A DNA stretch of 64,000 nt from Phoronis australis (lineage: Eukaryota; Animalia; Phoronida): assembly GCA_002633005.1 (NCBI GenBank), contig NMRA01000397.1, positions 249,218 through 313,217 of the forward strand, written 5' to 3'. A program made the translations under genes and the position numbers. Positions within the stretch are counted from its first letter, which is position 1, and the number at the start of each line of letters is the position of its first letter. The notes under the pieces were generated by a model. It was not told the DNA's origin. It saw only the letters and a list, made by a program, of their open reading frames with translations, and made no database searches. Below are positions 14,529 through 25,128 of this stretch, in pieces.

Positions 14529-15435
14529 TAGTATAAGGAGCATATTCAAATTGATTTCATGTAGTCAATATGATGGCACAAGGGCCTTTAAAAGCTACCG
14601 ACTCGTACTGTGGTTCACTCAGTTGGGTAGAACTCTGAAATCATTTCGTGAAAACCTAATCTGTAATACATAAATTGCAACAGACATGACTAAGGGTCCT
14701 TTCCTACTAAAGACGCATTGATGTTTTGAGGAGTTGCGGTCAGTACAAATGGTTAACTTCGGTCCCAAATTGTCATATTAAAAAAATTTTTAGCATGCAC
14801 GCGATGTATCAAGGCTACTTTGCAATTACTTCGATGACTTAACTACCAAAGGCAGTATGAATAGTTCAGTTAACTTAGCAGTTTACTTCGATGCTCCACT
14901 CAGACCGAAATTAAGTCAGTGTGAAAGTGCCTTAAAGAGCACAATGATTGACTGATTTTGTAATAAAAGGTGAATCTTAGATCAATTTTGAAACAAAATT
15001 CAAATAATCAGTAGAAGGCATCAGTTCTGCTGTTTAGGTTTCTGAAACAAGACTCCCACAGATACACTTGTCCAAATTCAATAAATTTCATACTAGTTAA
15101 ATAACAAAGATGGACATTTTATGAATACAGCTAGTTATACGGCAAGTGGACCAAATGTGGGCAAATGTTCACGTGTGCTATTTTGTTGCCAGGTGTATGA
15201 TCTGAACTGAGGACACTCACCTTCAGACACTAATGTGAGAGCATAAAATATTATCTGATAGTAAACCATTATTTACCCTGGTTTCACATGACTAAACTGT
15301 CAGCACCAATAAATCTTCCTTTATAGCACTGCAAGTATGCATTACACAAATAACCATCTTGCCTATTAATTTTTATATTTAACTGATTATGGTTTCATTG
15401 CAGGAAAGAACCATTCTGTGAAGCTTGCAGAGAAC

Positions 15436-16578
15436 ATGTATGGTGAAAACATATCCGCAGCTGAAGAAGCTTATTATGAAACAGCAGAGTACGTGAACAT
15501 CTTGGAAAAAAGCGTTTTTATCATATTTGTCTTGATGGCATTGGTAGGAAACCCACTAACATGTGTGGTGATGCACCGTTTATCTAGCAGTACATGTTCC
15601 ACATGCATATACGTAGCGACAAGCGCTATGGTTGATCTTATCACCGTTCTAGTGATCTGCACCAATAAATGGCTGAAATCGTTTGACATTCAACTGGATA
15701 CTTTAATCACGACCTACAGCAGTGAAGCATGCAGACTCTACACAATGTTTGCCAGTTACTTCAAGCACATGTCCAACTACTTGGCCATCCCTCTAGTCAC
15801 TGAAGTCTTCATCGTCGTGCTCTTTCCCACGAAGGCACGGAAACTGTGCTCCTATGAGAGAGCAAGGTCAGGGATTCTGTTCATTGCCACCGTCACACTT
15901 TTCTTGGACTTTCATTGGTTTTGGTCAATAGAACTGTATGCCAGGAGTGAAGTGACAGAAAATAACGTTGAACGATCACTGCAGTGTAACTACATGCCAA
16001 AGTATATAGACTTCTTGGAGTCATTTAATTTGATTGACTTTCTAATCACCAAAGTGTTGCCACTGTGTTATGTGCTTGGTATGACCCTTGCTGTGACCAT
16101 CAAAGTAATCCGCCAACGTGCCTGGGTGAAGCTAGATTCCATTCACAAAAAGTACCTTATTTATCCCGCCAAGTACTGTGCTCTTCAAAAACCATTCTTC
16201 ATACTGGGGTTAATTTTCATTGCGTTTGCTTTTACAGACGTTATGATCAGCACGTACACATTCTTTGCAATGAGACTACAAAACTCAACAGATTTTGTCA
16301 TGTACAAAAACCTTGAGATAGGTAATTACGTAAAAAATGTGCTGTATTATGTGTACTTGTCGTGCAAATTGCCGGTATTACTAGTGTCAAGTCTAGTCTT
16401 CCGTCAAGAGCTCAAAAATCTTGTTCTCCGTGCCTGTTGTTGTAATAAGGGTAGTTTGTCTGCGGAATTGACAAAAGGGAAAACAGAAAGGTGTATGGCA
16501 GAGCATGGAAATATTTCTAGAGATAATTCAAGTCAGAGTATTGCAGATGGAGGACATGTGGAAGAATTCCTAGTGTAA
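15436..16578 (+). CDS. Rhodopsin-class (class A) 7TM GPCR, orphan; FMRFamide/sex-peptide-receptor/GPR139-like in general pattern, atypical motifs
   Basis: Uninterrupted ORF with seven hydrophobic segments: TM1 LVGNPL, TM2 SAMVDL, Cys at top of TM3 (EACRLY) and ECL2 (LQCNY), ICL2 FPTKARKLCS..RAR, TM5 KVLPL, helix 8 FRQEL, CCC palmitoylation-like cluster. First ATG at 15436; a splice acceptor (ttcattgcag) ends at 15403 and the frame is open from there, so an upstream exon is possible. Confidence 0.88.
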   Translation: MYGENISAAEEAYYETAEYVNILEKSVFIIFVLMALVGNPLTCVVMHRLSSSTCSTCIYVATSAMVDLITVLVICTNKWLKSFDIQLDTLITTYSSEACRLYTMFASYFKHMSNYLAIPLVTEVFIVVLFPTKARKLCSYERARSGILFIATVTLFLDFHWFWSIELYARSEVTENNVERSLQCNYMPKYIDFLESFNLIDFLITKVLPLCYVLGMTLAVTIKVIRQRAWVKLDSIHKKYLIYPAKYCALQKPFFILGLIFIAFAFTDVMISTYTFFAMRLQNSTDFVMYKNLEIGNYVKNVLYYVYLSCKLPVLLVSSLVFRQELKNLVLRACCCNKGSLSAELTKGKTERCMAEHGNISRDNSSQSIADGGHVEEFLV

Positions 16579-16821
16579 TGTTCAGTGACTGCATTACGTA
16601 ACTGACATTATCTCTTCAACTGCAATTCTTTTATACTTGAAACTGTTACCAATAAGCATAGCGAATTTTTGACAGGGTGAAGCTGGGGTACTATGTAACC
16701 CCTAATTAGTCAGTGTAGTGCTATAAACCACAGACTTGTTCCTGTTACATTGCCCTTTTGTAAAGTGTCATTTCTGATAAACCTAGCCTCCCACTGAGAA
16801 GATTAGAATCGGTCTGGCTCT

Positions 16822-16962
16822 TTATTACTTATTTATTGTAACATTTCAAATGAGAGAATTCACAAATATTATTACTTATTTATTGTAACATTTCAAATGA
16901 GAGAATTCACAAATATTATTACTTATTTATTGTAACATTTCAAATGAGAGAATTCACAAATA
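16822..16962. repeat. Perfect 47-bp x3 tandem repeat downstream of the GPCR stop
   Basis: ttattacttatttattgtaacatttcaaatgagagaattcacaaata repeated three times. Confidence 0.9.
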
Positions 16963-17649
16963 CAAGAAAAACAATACGGAAATTCAAACAAGTTTTGAAA
17001 TTGAAAGGTGAAGATAAATATAGATTATTACATGGCGAAGTCGTTATCCCCCGTTATCTAGAGCCCGAGTGGATTTTGGAGAATTATCGCCTGAGGGGCG
17101 TATACCACATACTTAACAAGAAACATTGCAATGAATCGATTTACCTTTTCTGACTCTCCACGGCTTTGTAACTACTTTCTATGTCAGAGGCCTGGGGTCG
17201 GAGGTCGTGACCTTTTAAGAAAATCCGGGCTATTTTCGTCAAATAATGCTTTTACTCAAAACCAATTGAAAACTTAAATATAAAAGAAATAAATTGAATT
17301 GATAAATTAAGGTTTACCAACTATTATAGCTTAAAACACGTATTTTTCACGCTAAGCTTCGACCGGGAAATTATCGTCTGCTAAAGTAGGTTACCATTGG
17401 TAACTGAATATAATTCTCAAGTCAAACATCCTGACGACACGATACCCGCATTCAAACTGGGGATCGGTGATTTACAAGTAAGAGGACATGAGAGAAAAAT
17501 TTCATTACGGAATTAAGATATCATTTTTATGGAAATTGTGTGTCTTATTTTTCGTAGCGTATAAGTACAGAACAATGCGGTTTGCTGAACGTGCGATTAT
17601 TGCGCGTGCTCATTTGAGTATTCTATTTTCACTCTTGATGACGTCAGTT

Positions 17650-17720
17650 GCTGCATGGTATAGTGGTAAAGTCGGCGACCAGCAATTCCAGGGTCCCGGG
17701 TTCGACTGCGTCCTCGGTTT
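17650..17720 (+). mobile_element. tRNA-derived SINE head or tRNA pseudogene
   Basis: Pol III A-box TGGTATAGTGG (17656-17666) and B-box GGTTCGACT (17699-17707) at tRNA-like spacing; acceptor and anticodon stems do not pair cleanly. Confidence 0.45.
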
Positions 17721-18899
17721 CCCGCCAAATTGTTATCTCACTAGTGAGATAACTTTATGGGTTATTACACGGTTGAATCTGCCATTTGACGCTAATATTG
17801 TGGTATAATACACTGTATGACAAGTTATGCATGGTACGATAACAATAGTGAAGATATTTACAGACATTTGCAACATAATTTAAGATAAAACTGAGTGTAC
17901 ATGTAATAATAAATCAATATGAAAATCACTAACATTGTACCTTTAATAGTAGAATGCATTTAATTTAATAGACTTGGAATGTTGTCAAATAGTAAAATGT
18001 GCTGGTACAATCATGTTGGCATTGTCTATTTCAAGGCTGATTTAAGAATTACATGCATATATAATCATGTTTACATCAAATTTTAATAACATAAACTTGA
18101 ATTTTGCCCAGTTTAGCAGGTTAAAAAGGAAAAATTGAATTCCCACATACCAAAATCAAAGTTTTTTAATTTGAGGAAATGAAAAATACAGATCATATGA
18201 TTGACCTAGTTTTCGAAATGTCGGGTCACTAACACACGTGTGAGCCTAGTCAGAACTCAGTGAAGAATGTTTTCACGTAACCTTGCCTCAATCAGCTTTT
18301 TAATTTACTTTATACCTGAATTGCGACTAACTACAAAATTACAGTAAAACATTGCCGACATCAGAACGATATGAAAATTACAGACTAACACAACAAGTGC
18401 CCCATGGAAGCACAAAATATGAGTAAATACTTTAGAATCAGAGATGGCAGTGTTGTGTTGTAGGAAGTGGTCACGGGGTATTTTACTGTTATAAAACGAA
18501 TCTTATAATATTGCTTACCATAGCAGGATTCTATTTCCATAACCAATTATAACATGAAAACCATCAGCAACTAGAGAAAATGCTTCACAGATGGCCAATC
18601 TTAAAAATTGCAGATTTGAAAATGGAGCATGTACGCATTGCCAGGGACTTGAGTTGGTGGCTCGTTGGCAACAATTTAAGATCGGGTGAATGTGGCAAAG
18701 TGTTTCAATTAAGCATTCAACATTGACAGCAAAACGGGTGAAATGCAGCTTTGATGTAAACAAGTTGACAATGCTACAAATAATTGCTGGAAACTGATGT
18801 CAAATGATCACACTGTGCTATGAGCAAGGCGGACAGTTTTTAGATTAAACCCTGATGACTGCAGAATTGTGTCAATGAGTGTTATATTAAAGTGCTTAA

Positions 18900-20323
18900 G
18901 GTTATTTCAAACCTTATTTAGTGGCCTCTGTTCTAACTCGTATATCAAAAAACTAAGCTTTGTCAACTAGTAAAAGTATATATTTTCTGAAAGAACAAAG
19001 ATCAGGAAATATAAATATACTTTTTGTATTTATTTGTCATTATTATTTTTACGTAAAAACCTTTTTTAAGTAAAAATTCCATTTTTAAGAAAGGTACATT
19101 CATAGCAAAATAACCCTAGGTCGATTTTAACGAAACCTTTTTTAAATGAAAACTTCATCAATTACCTCAAAAACGCTGTTAGGAATTTTCGATTAGTTTG
19201 TTTGTTTGGTTTCTATGACAAATAAACTCCCAAAACGTAAGGTATTTTTGTACAAAATTGAAGTCGTATTCGTTTTTGCCACATTACACAAAAACTAAGC
19301 TTTTATATCAAAAATCCTAACAGCGTTTTTGAGATTGGTGACTAAATATTAAGTCTGGAAAGTTTCAGCGAAATCCATCGAGCCATTTTCGAGAACTCGT
19401 GTTCCTAAGTTCAAATAAAGTCGATTTGCCGAAGCCGAGAAAAAGCCGATTAAACTGGGACACGTGAAAATCTCTAAGTCTTTGGTTAATTATTCTGTGA
19501 AAACTTGTTTTCGGTATACACAACCTATAGAATCCTTAACTATGTCACCAATTTCAATGTTTTCTTGCAATGTTAACTAATTTTGCAGTGCGTAACTAAC
19601 TTAAATATCATTAAAACCTCAAATAGACCTATCTTTCGCAGCCAACTTCTGCCATTTTGTACGACCTACTTTCTAAGTAGGTCACAGTTCATAGCCTGTA
19701 CACGTCACGTGCTGGGAGACTGATACCAAACCAAGTAAGAAATGGATAACAAAAATTGAATTGGTGGTTAAAGTAAGTCGTTAACATGAAATCGAAACAT
19801 CGAAATGTTAACTTAATAATTGAATTAAGGAATAAGGGGGAGGATTTATCTCTTTTCACAACTTTCTGTGTTCATGACCAGACTGAGGCCTGAGGCAACT
19901 CGTAGCATTCGTTTTCAACGTCAACGGTCGTATGCATGTAGACGCACAACTCCCTTAGGATCAAAACTACGTTTTGTCTTTGTTTTCCCCGGCACCATTC
20001 TATCATAACCACACCTCGTTGGTTCAATGTTATGGCGAATTTGTGAATGAAAGGACTGAGGGTATACCGAAGCTGTTCTGTACCTGGCGGGAGACTCAAT
20101 TTACTTGAAAGCCCTTTAACCTTTGACCTTGGATAAGTGGTAAACAAATATCCACGCGGCGGTTGTGCGGTTCCAAGGTGGTTCTGCTAAATCTTTTTTT
20201 TCTCGCTACGCAGTATATATTTCGTATTTGAAGTTCCCCGAGAATGAAGATAAGGTATTTTGCTAGACACAAGTGAAATATTGTAAAAATGGCCCATTTT
20301 TGTGAATAAGGTTGGAAATATCC
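18900..20323 (+). mobile_element. Kolobok-like MITE, copy 2
   Basis: TTAA at 18896-18899 and 20324-20327; TIR GGTTATTTCAAACCTTATT / AATAAGGTTGGAAATATCC; direct repeat of 12118-13519. Confidence 0.8.
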
Positions 20324-21184
20324 TTAAAACCACAATTTGCTTTGTTTTGACAGTTGACAACATTGCCAGCATCATAAAACCCTCCTTTATAGCACTGCAT
20401 ATCACAACAATATCCAACAACTTTTCACACTACACACAATGGAAGATGACTAGTACTGTGATTGGTTATCCCGAATTTAACTAGAATGTTTTGGCTAATG
20501 AATGTTAGTAATTCAAAATCAGCTTGTGTGTGTGGGTGTTGTTATTTGACAATTGTTCGAATGGTGGGGTTGTTTTTTGGTGATTTTAGGCACTTAAAGA
20601 TACACAAAGACATAATACTATAAAACCACAACATGTTGTTAACTACTGTAAAATTCACTAATTTAGGAAAGTCTGAATTTTGGACATATAAATCCAAACC
20701 AAAACTGAATTTTTGGATTCTGAAATTAAGGACACCCTTGAATTTGGCATTCACCATATATCTCAAATTTTGGACACATCAATTTTAACAGCATTGGCCA
20801 TAATTCTCACATTTAAGACAGTGAGCTTTTTCGCATGCTAGAGGGCTGAATGTAAATCTGGAAGTTCATCAAGTAAGATTATTTATACATCTTTTAAAAC
20901 TACCGCCGGCATAATGTATGACTGATGTTGCAGTCTATATTTATATTTGTGGATGGTTGTATGTGTATACAGACCTGTGTACCACCAAAACTGCATTGGA
21001 GTACTCTAAACACCAGATTTGGAGATTTTTCAGTAAATTTGCAGATTTTCGCACAGACCAAATTTACCCTAAAATATAGGGGGGGGGGGNCATTTGATTT
21101 TTCACAGTGGACCTTTCACTGACTAAAAATAAACCGGTTTTCTCAGCGTTCAGAGCTTTCGCCCAATTCTTTTAGTTTCTCTCT

Positions 21185-22635
21185 TGGATCCGCCTGAAAG
21201 TCGTCGCCGTCTGTTGTTAGCTTTATATAAATACACTTACTCAATTTAATAGAAAGATCTTGCAGTGAGTTAAGGAGATACCACTATGGGCGCATAACTA
21301 AACTACCACTAGGAGGCACCACAGTAGTCAAAGTCGCCACCAAACGTCCTCCTCACACTGAGAACATATAGGCCAATTTTCAAAACCATTCCTAGAATGA
21401 TTTGGTTGATAGGGGGATGGACGCCAAAAAAACACAAAAACAGACTTACAAACAGCAAAAATGGCCACTAGGTGGTGCAAAACACCCATATTCCAGCCAA
21501 AAACAGGAGGATAGCGTCATCGCACCAATAGATGACTGTATTCAAAATTTTATGAAAATCTGTTGCGGACCTTAGAAGATACAGAGGTAAACGTAAAAAC
21601 TAAAATTGCCACTACAGGGCACACCAGTAGTCAAATCCGTCCAAAAATCGTCGTCAGTTGTCAACATCACATAGACTTGATAAACTCAGTAAAGATCCTG
21701 CAAACGGTTCAGGAGATACAGGCATGAGCGCAAAAAAACAAAACTGCCACTAAGAGGTGCCACAGTAGTCAAAGTCATCGGAAAATCATCGTCAGTTGTC
21801 CACTTCATAGTAAAAACATGCATGCCAATTTACACAATTATCCTGTAAGCGGTTTGGTTGATAGACAGGTGGATGCCAAAAAACAGACTTGAAAACAGTA
21901 AAAATGGCCAATAGGTGGCGCAAACTAAGTTGAATCCTTCTGAAAACGGAAAGACAAGTTCACCTCAGATGCCTGTATGCCAAATTTTATGAAACTACCT
22001 TGAGGACCTTTGAAGATACAGAGGTAAGCGTAAAAAATGAAATTGCCACTAGGTTACACACCAGTAGTCACATCTGTCCGAAAGTTGTCGTCGTTTGTTG
22101 TTAACATCATATAAATATACTTACTAAATTTAGTAAAGATCCTGCAAATGGTTTAGGAGATATAGCTATAGGCACAAAAAAACAAAACTGCCACTACGAG
22201 GCACCACAGCAGTCGAAGTTGGCAGAAAACCATCGTCAGCCATCCTTTGAGCGGTTTGGTTGATAGAGCGGTGGACACCAAAAAACAGACTCAAAAACAG
22301 TAAAAATGGCCACTAGGTGGTGCAAACTATGTTGAATCCATCTGAAAACGAGAGGATAGCGTCACCTCAATAATAGGTGCCTATATACCAAATTTTATGA
22401 AAATCCGTTGAGGACTTTTGAAGAAACAAAATTGCCACTAGGGGGCACACCTGTAGTCGGATCTGTTAAAAAGTTCGCTCATGCTGTCTCATCCAAGGAA
22501 GGAACACATGGCCAAAATTTCATGAACATACGTCAAGGGGTTTTGGAGATAGAGCAGCGGACGCTGGACAGACAGACAGACGAACAGAGATGACGGCATA
22601 ACGCATCCACATATAAACATGTGGGCGCATAAAAA
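21185..22635 (+). mobile_element. HINE/pearl-like element
   Basis: Same modules; GACA microsatellite then hairpin gcatccacatataaacatgtgggcgc-ataaaaa at the end. Confidence 0.7.
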
Positions 22636-23329
22636 CTCATGTCTTAGTTTGTCGTGCAGTATGTGATAAACATGTTCATGTTGTAAATACATATTTATGT
22701 CTCCATACTGATATTCTATTCAGCTAGCCTATTTTGCATTCTACGGGAAATGTTTGGGCTCTCTTGCACCCAGCAGGTTGAGAATTTTGACACTAAAACA
22801 GAGTGTGAACCTACTAATCTTTAGTCAAAGTTGCTCCATTTCCACCCGTCCCTAGTCCCTTCCATGAGTCCTTTGACCCATGGCACGTGATTTGTATAAT
22901 TAAACCTGGGCCCATAGAGGAGATCTAAGTCCTGCTATCTGGTCAGAGTCAACATAGAACAGAATTTATTGCAAATAACGGCAATACCCGGAATGCATGG
23001 GCTGAGATTATCAGGATGGACTGCCTCTATATTAAAGCATGATTAGCGTTGAAGAAGCTATTAGTAAGTAAACGCACTTGTAGCCAGCTACGTGTGGTGG
23101 TGCTTAGGGGTTAAAACTACGTAGGCCCTACCTCAGTTGAATGGTGATTTGACCTGATGCTATGTTTCGAAATAACAATTCCAAACTTTTATTGATTGAG
23201 TATACAATACACGCATAAAGAAAAAGTTCTCTCATACTGAAATAAATGTCCAGATATGTCTTCGAGCTAAGACCACAGAAATGTTATTTATATTATCTCC
23301 TTGGCAGGAATGCTGCTTTGCTAAGAACT

Positions 23330-23820
23330 GTTTGAGTGACAGGTGACTCATATAAATGTATGACACGCGCTGCCCCAGAAACAAACCAGGGTTAAACCAG
23401 GGTTACATAATACTGTAGTCGCATCGTCTGTGTTTGGTTTGCTAACAGTTTAACATGAATATTGGGAATAATAAATTCAACGGCATGTTACAACACAAAT
23501 ATATTATTTCCTATCACAAAGTTTAGTAAGTCGATTGTGTTCAGAGTCAGTAAAATCGTTGTTTATGTTTTTGAGGACATCACGTCAATTTGTTGTAAGC
23601 AATAACGATCACAAATCTGCACAGCTTTTTATACTGCCTAAAATCGCAAACCAAAACGTTGCCTGCACCTCTCCGCATAAATTCTAAGATTTTGCACACC
23701 GTCGATTTTGCCGTCTTATTTCTGGAATTTCGGACGGCCAATATTGCCTACTTTAAAAATTTAAGTTAGATTCAAAATAGTTATTTTTTCACAGTCCTAA
23801 ATTCGGGAATTTTTACCATA
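23330..23820 (-). mobile_element. Second copy of the 49076-49581 MITE
   Basis: aataacgatcacaaatctgcacagct and gtcctaaattcgggaatttttacc are reverse complements of 49076-49300 blocks. Confidence 0.65.
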
Positions 23821-24178
23821 ACAGGTTTTGCTCTCAGGTTGTTAGGAGTAAACTGGCTGTTTTGTAGTGTTTACATTGGAGGCACACATGACATTTTCAT
23901 TCTCTCCAGTACACCTAATGCAAAATGGATGCAATTGCAAGAAATTCAGAAGCTATAAGGTAGACATGTTATTAACACAGTTTTCAAAATATGTTTAGCT
24001 CTGTCGATAACTATAAATGAAATTAGGAGCAAATTTACTGTCCATCACTTACAATTGCCAAAAAATTCTTTGAAATTTCATCAACTTTTTGACAAGATTA
24101 TTTTTCAAAATTAAATTATCTAGCAATTTGTTAGTTACTCAAAATGACAATACTGACAGTAAAAACAGAAGCACAAAC

Positions 24179-24974
24179 AACAAGAGAAACAAAGAGCATT
24201 GAAATGCACCCACGACAGCACCACAAAAAACATGGTTCTATGGAGGTTTATCAGTACCATAAAAATGGCACAAAATGGCGCATAATATATCAAACTCGTC
24301 CAAAAATTGAAAGCTGTTGTCGTCCTCCAAATAGAATAAACTTTTTGCCAAATTTTATGAAAATTCCTCAAGGATCTCTAGAAGCAAACATGAAAAGCAA
24401 ATTGCAATTAGGTGGCGAAGCAGAGGTCGAATTCGTCCATATGAATATGCTTACTAGGGTTTGGGAGATACAGACACGAATGAAAAATGCTACTAGGGGG
24501 CACCACAATAGTTGGACCAGTGTCAAAATCCATGTCAGTTGTGCTTTAGTCAGTAGGAACACATTTAACAATTTTCATGATGATCCCCTGAGGTGTAGGA
24601 CACATACGGGCAGGTAGATGACAAATATCAAAAATTTGAAAAGCAGCCATGGGGTGGGACACGATAGGTAAAATCTGTCTAAAAATGGGAAGTTGTCATC
24701 AACTCATAAATTGAAACATACTTGCCCAATTTCATGAAAATCCATTAACTCCATATACAGAGGCAAACATTAAAAATGTAATTGCTACAAGGGGGCAAAG
24801 TGATATTCAGATTAGTGTGAAACTTGTCATCTGTAATCGCCTTCATATAGGAACATATTTGCCGATCCTAAGATCCTGCATGGGTTTTGGAGATACAGCT
24901 GCAGCAGATGGCAGACATTCAAACAGAGATGACGGCAATATGCAGCCACAAATGTACATCTGAACGCATAAAAA
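24179..24974 (+). mobile_element. HINE/pearl-like element, degenerate but with both ends
   Basis: Starts aacaagag..gagcattga, ends agagatgacggc..gcataaaaa, 15 bp from the RELCH exon 21 donor. Confidence 0.6.
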
Positions 24975-24989
24975 TGAACTAGAACTTAC

Positions 24990-25128
24990 TTTCATCACGA
25001 AATTTTGGTTCTGTGTTGGGTCCAGCTCTGGCGAACGTCTTAATCAACTGTATTGTCAAGTCATGCTGATTAAGATATATTGGATCATCCATAAATGTCT
25101 GAAACTGCATATACACCTTGTCCAGGAT
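24990..25128 (-). CDS. RELCH: RELCH exon 21 (last exon found)
   Basis: ILDKVYMQFQTFMDDPIYLNQHDLTIQLIKTFARAGPNTEPKFRDE; ttcag/gtaagt, ends in phase 1 with no stop. Confidence 0.9.

Noticed and set aside
16360-16380. Lysine in GPCR TM7 (SCKLP) suggesting an opsin
   Set aside because: Counting back from helix 8 FR places it at the Asn position of NPxxY (7.49), not the retinal-binding 7.43; no other opsin features
17650-17720. Functional tRNA gene
   Set aside because: A and B boxes are present but I could not build a cloverleaf; treated as a SINE head or pseudogene
24144-24617. 157-aa ORF and similar ORFs at 1092-1451 and 29902-30390
   Set aside because: They fall within HINE-like repeats and show no transposase, helicase or RT motifs
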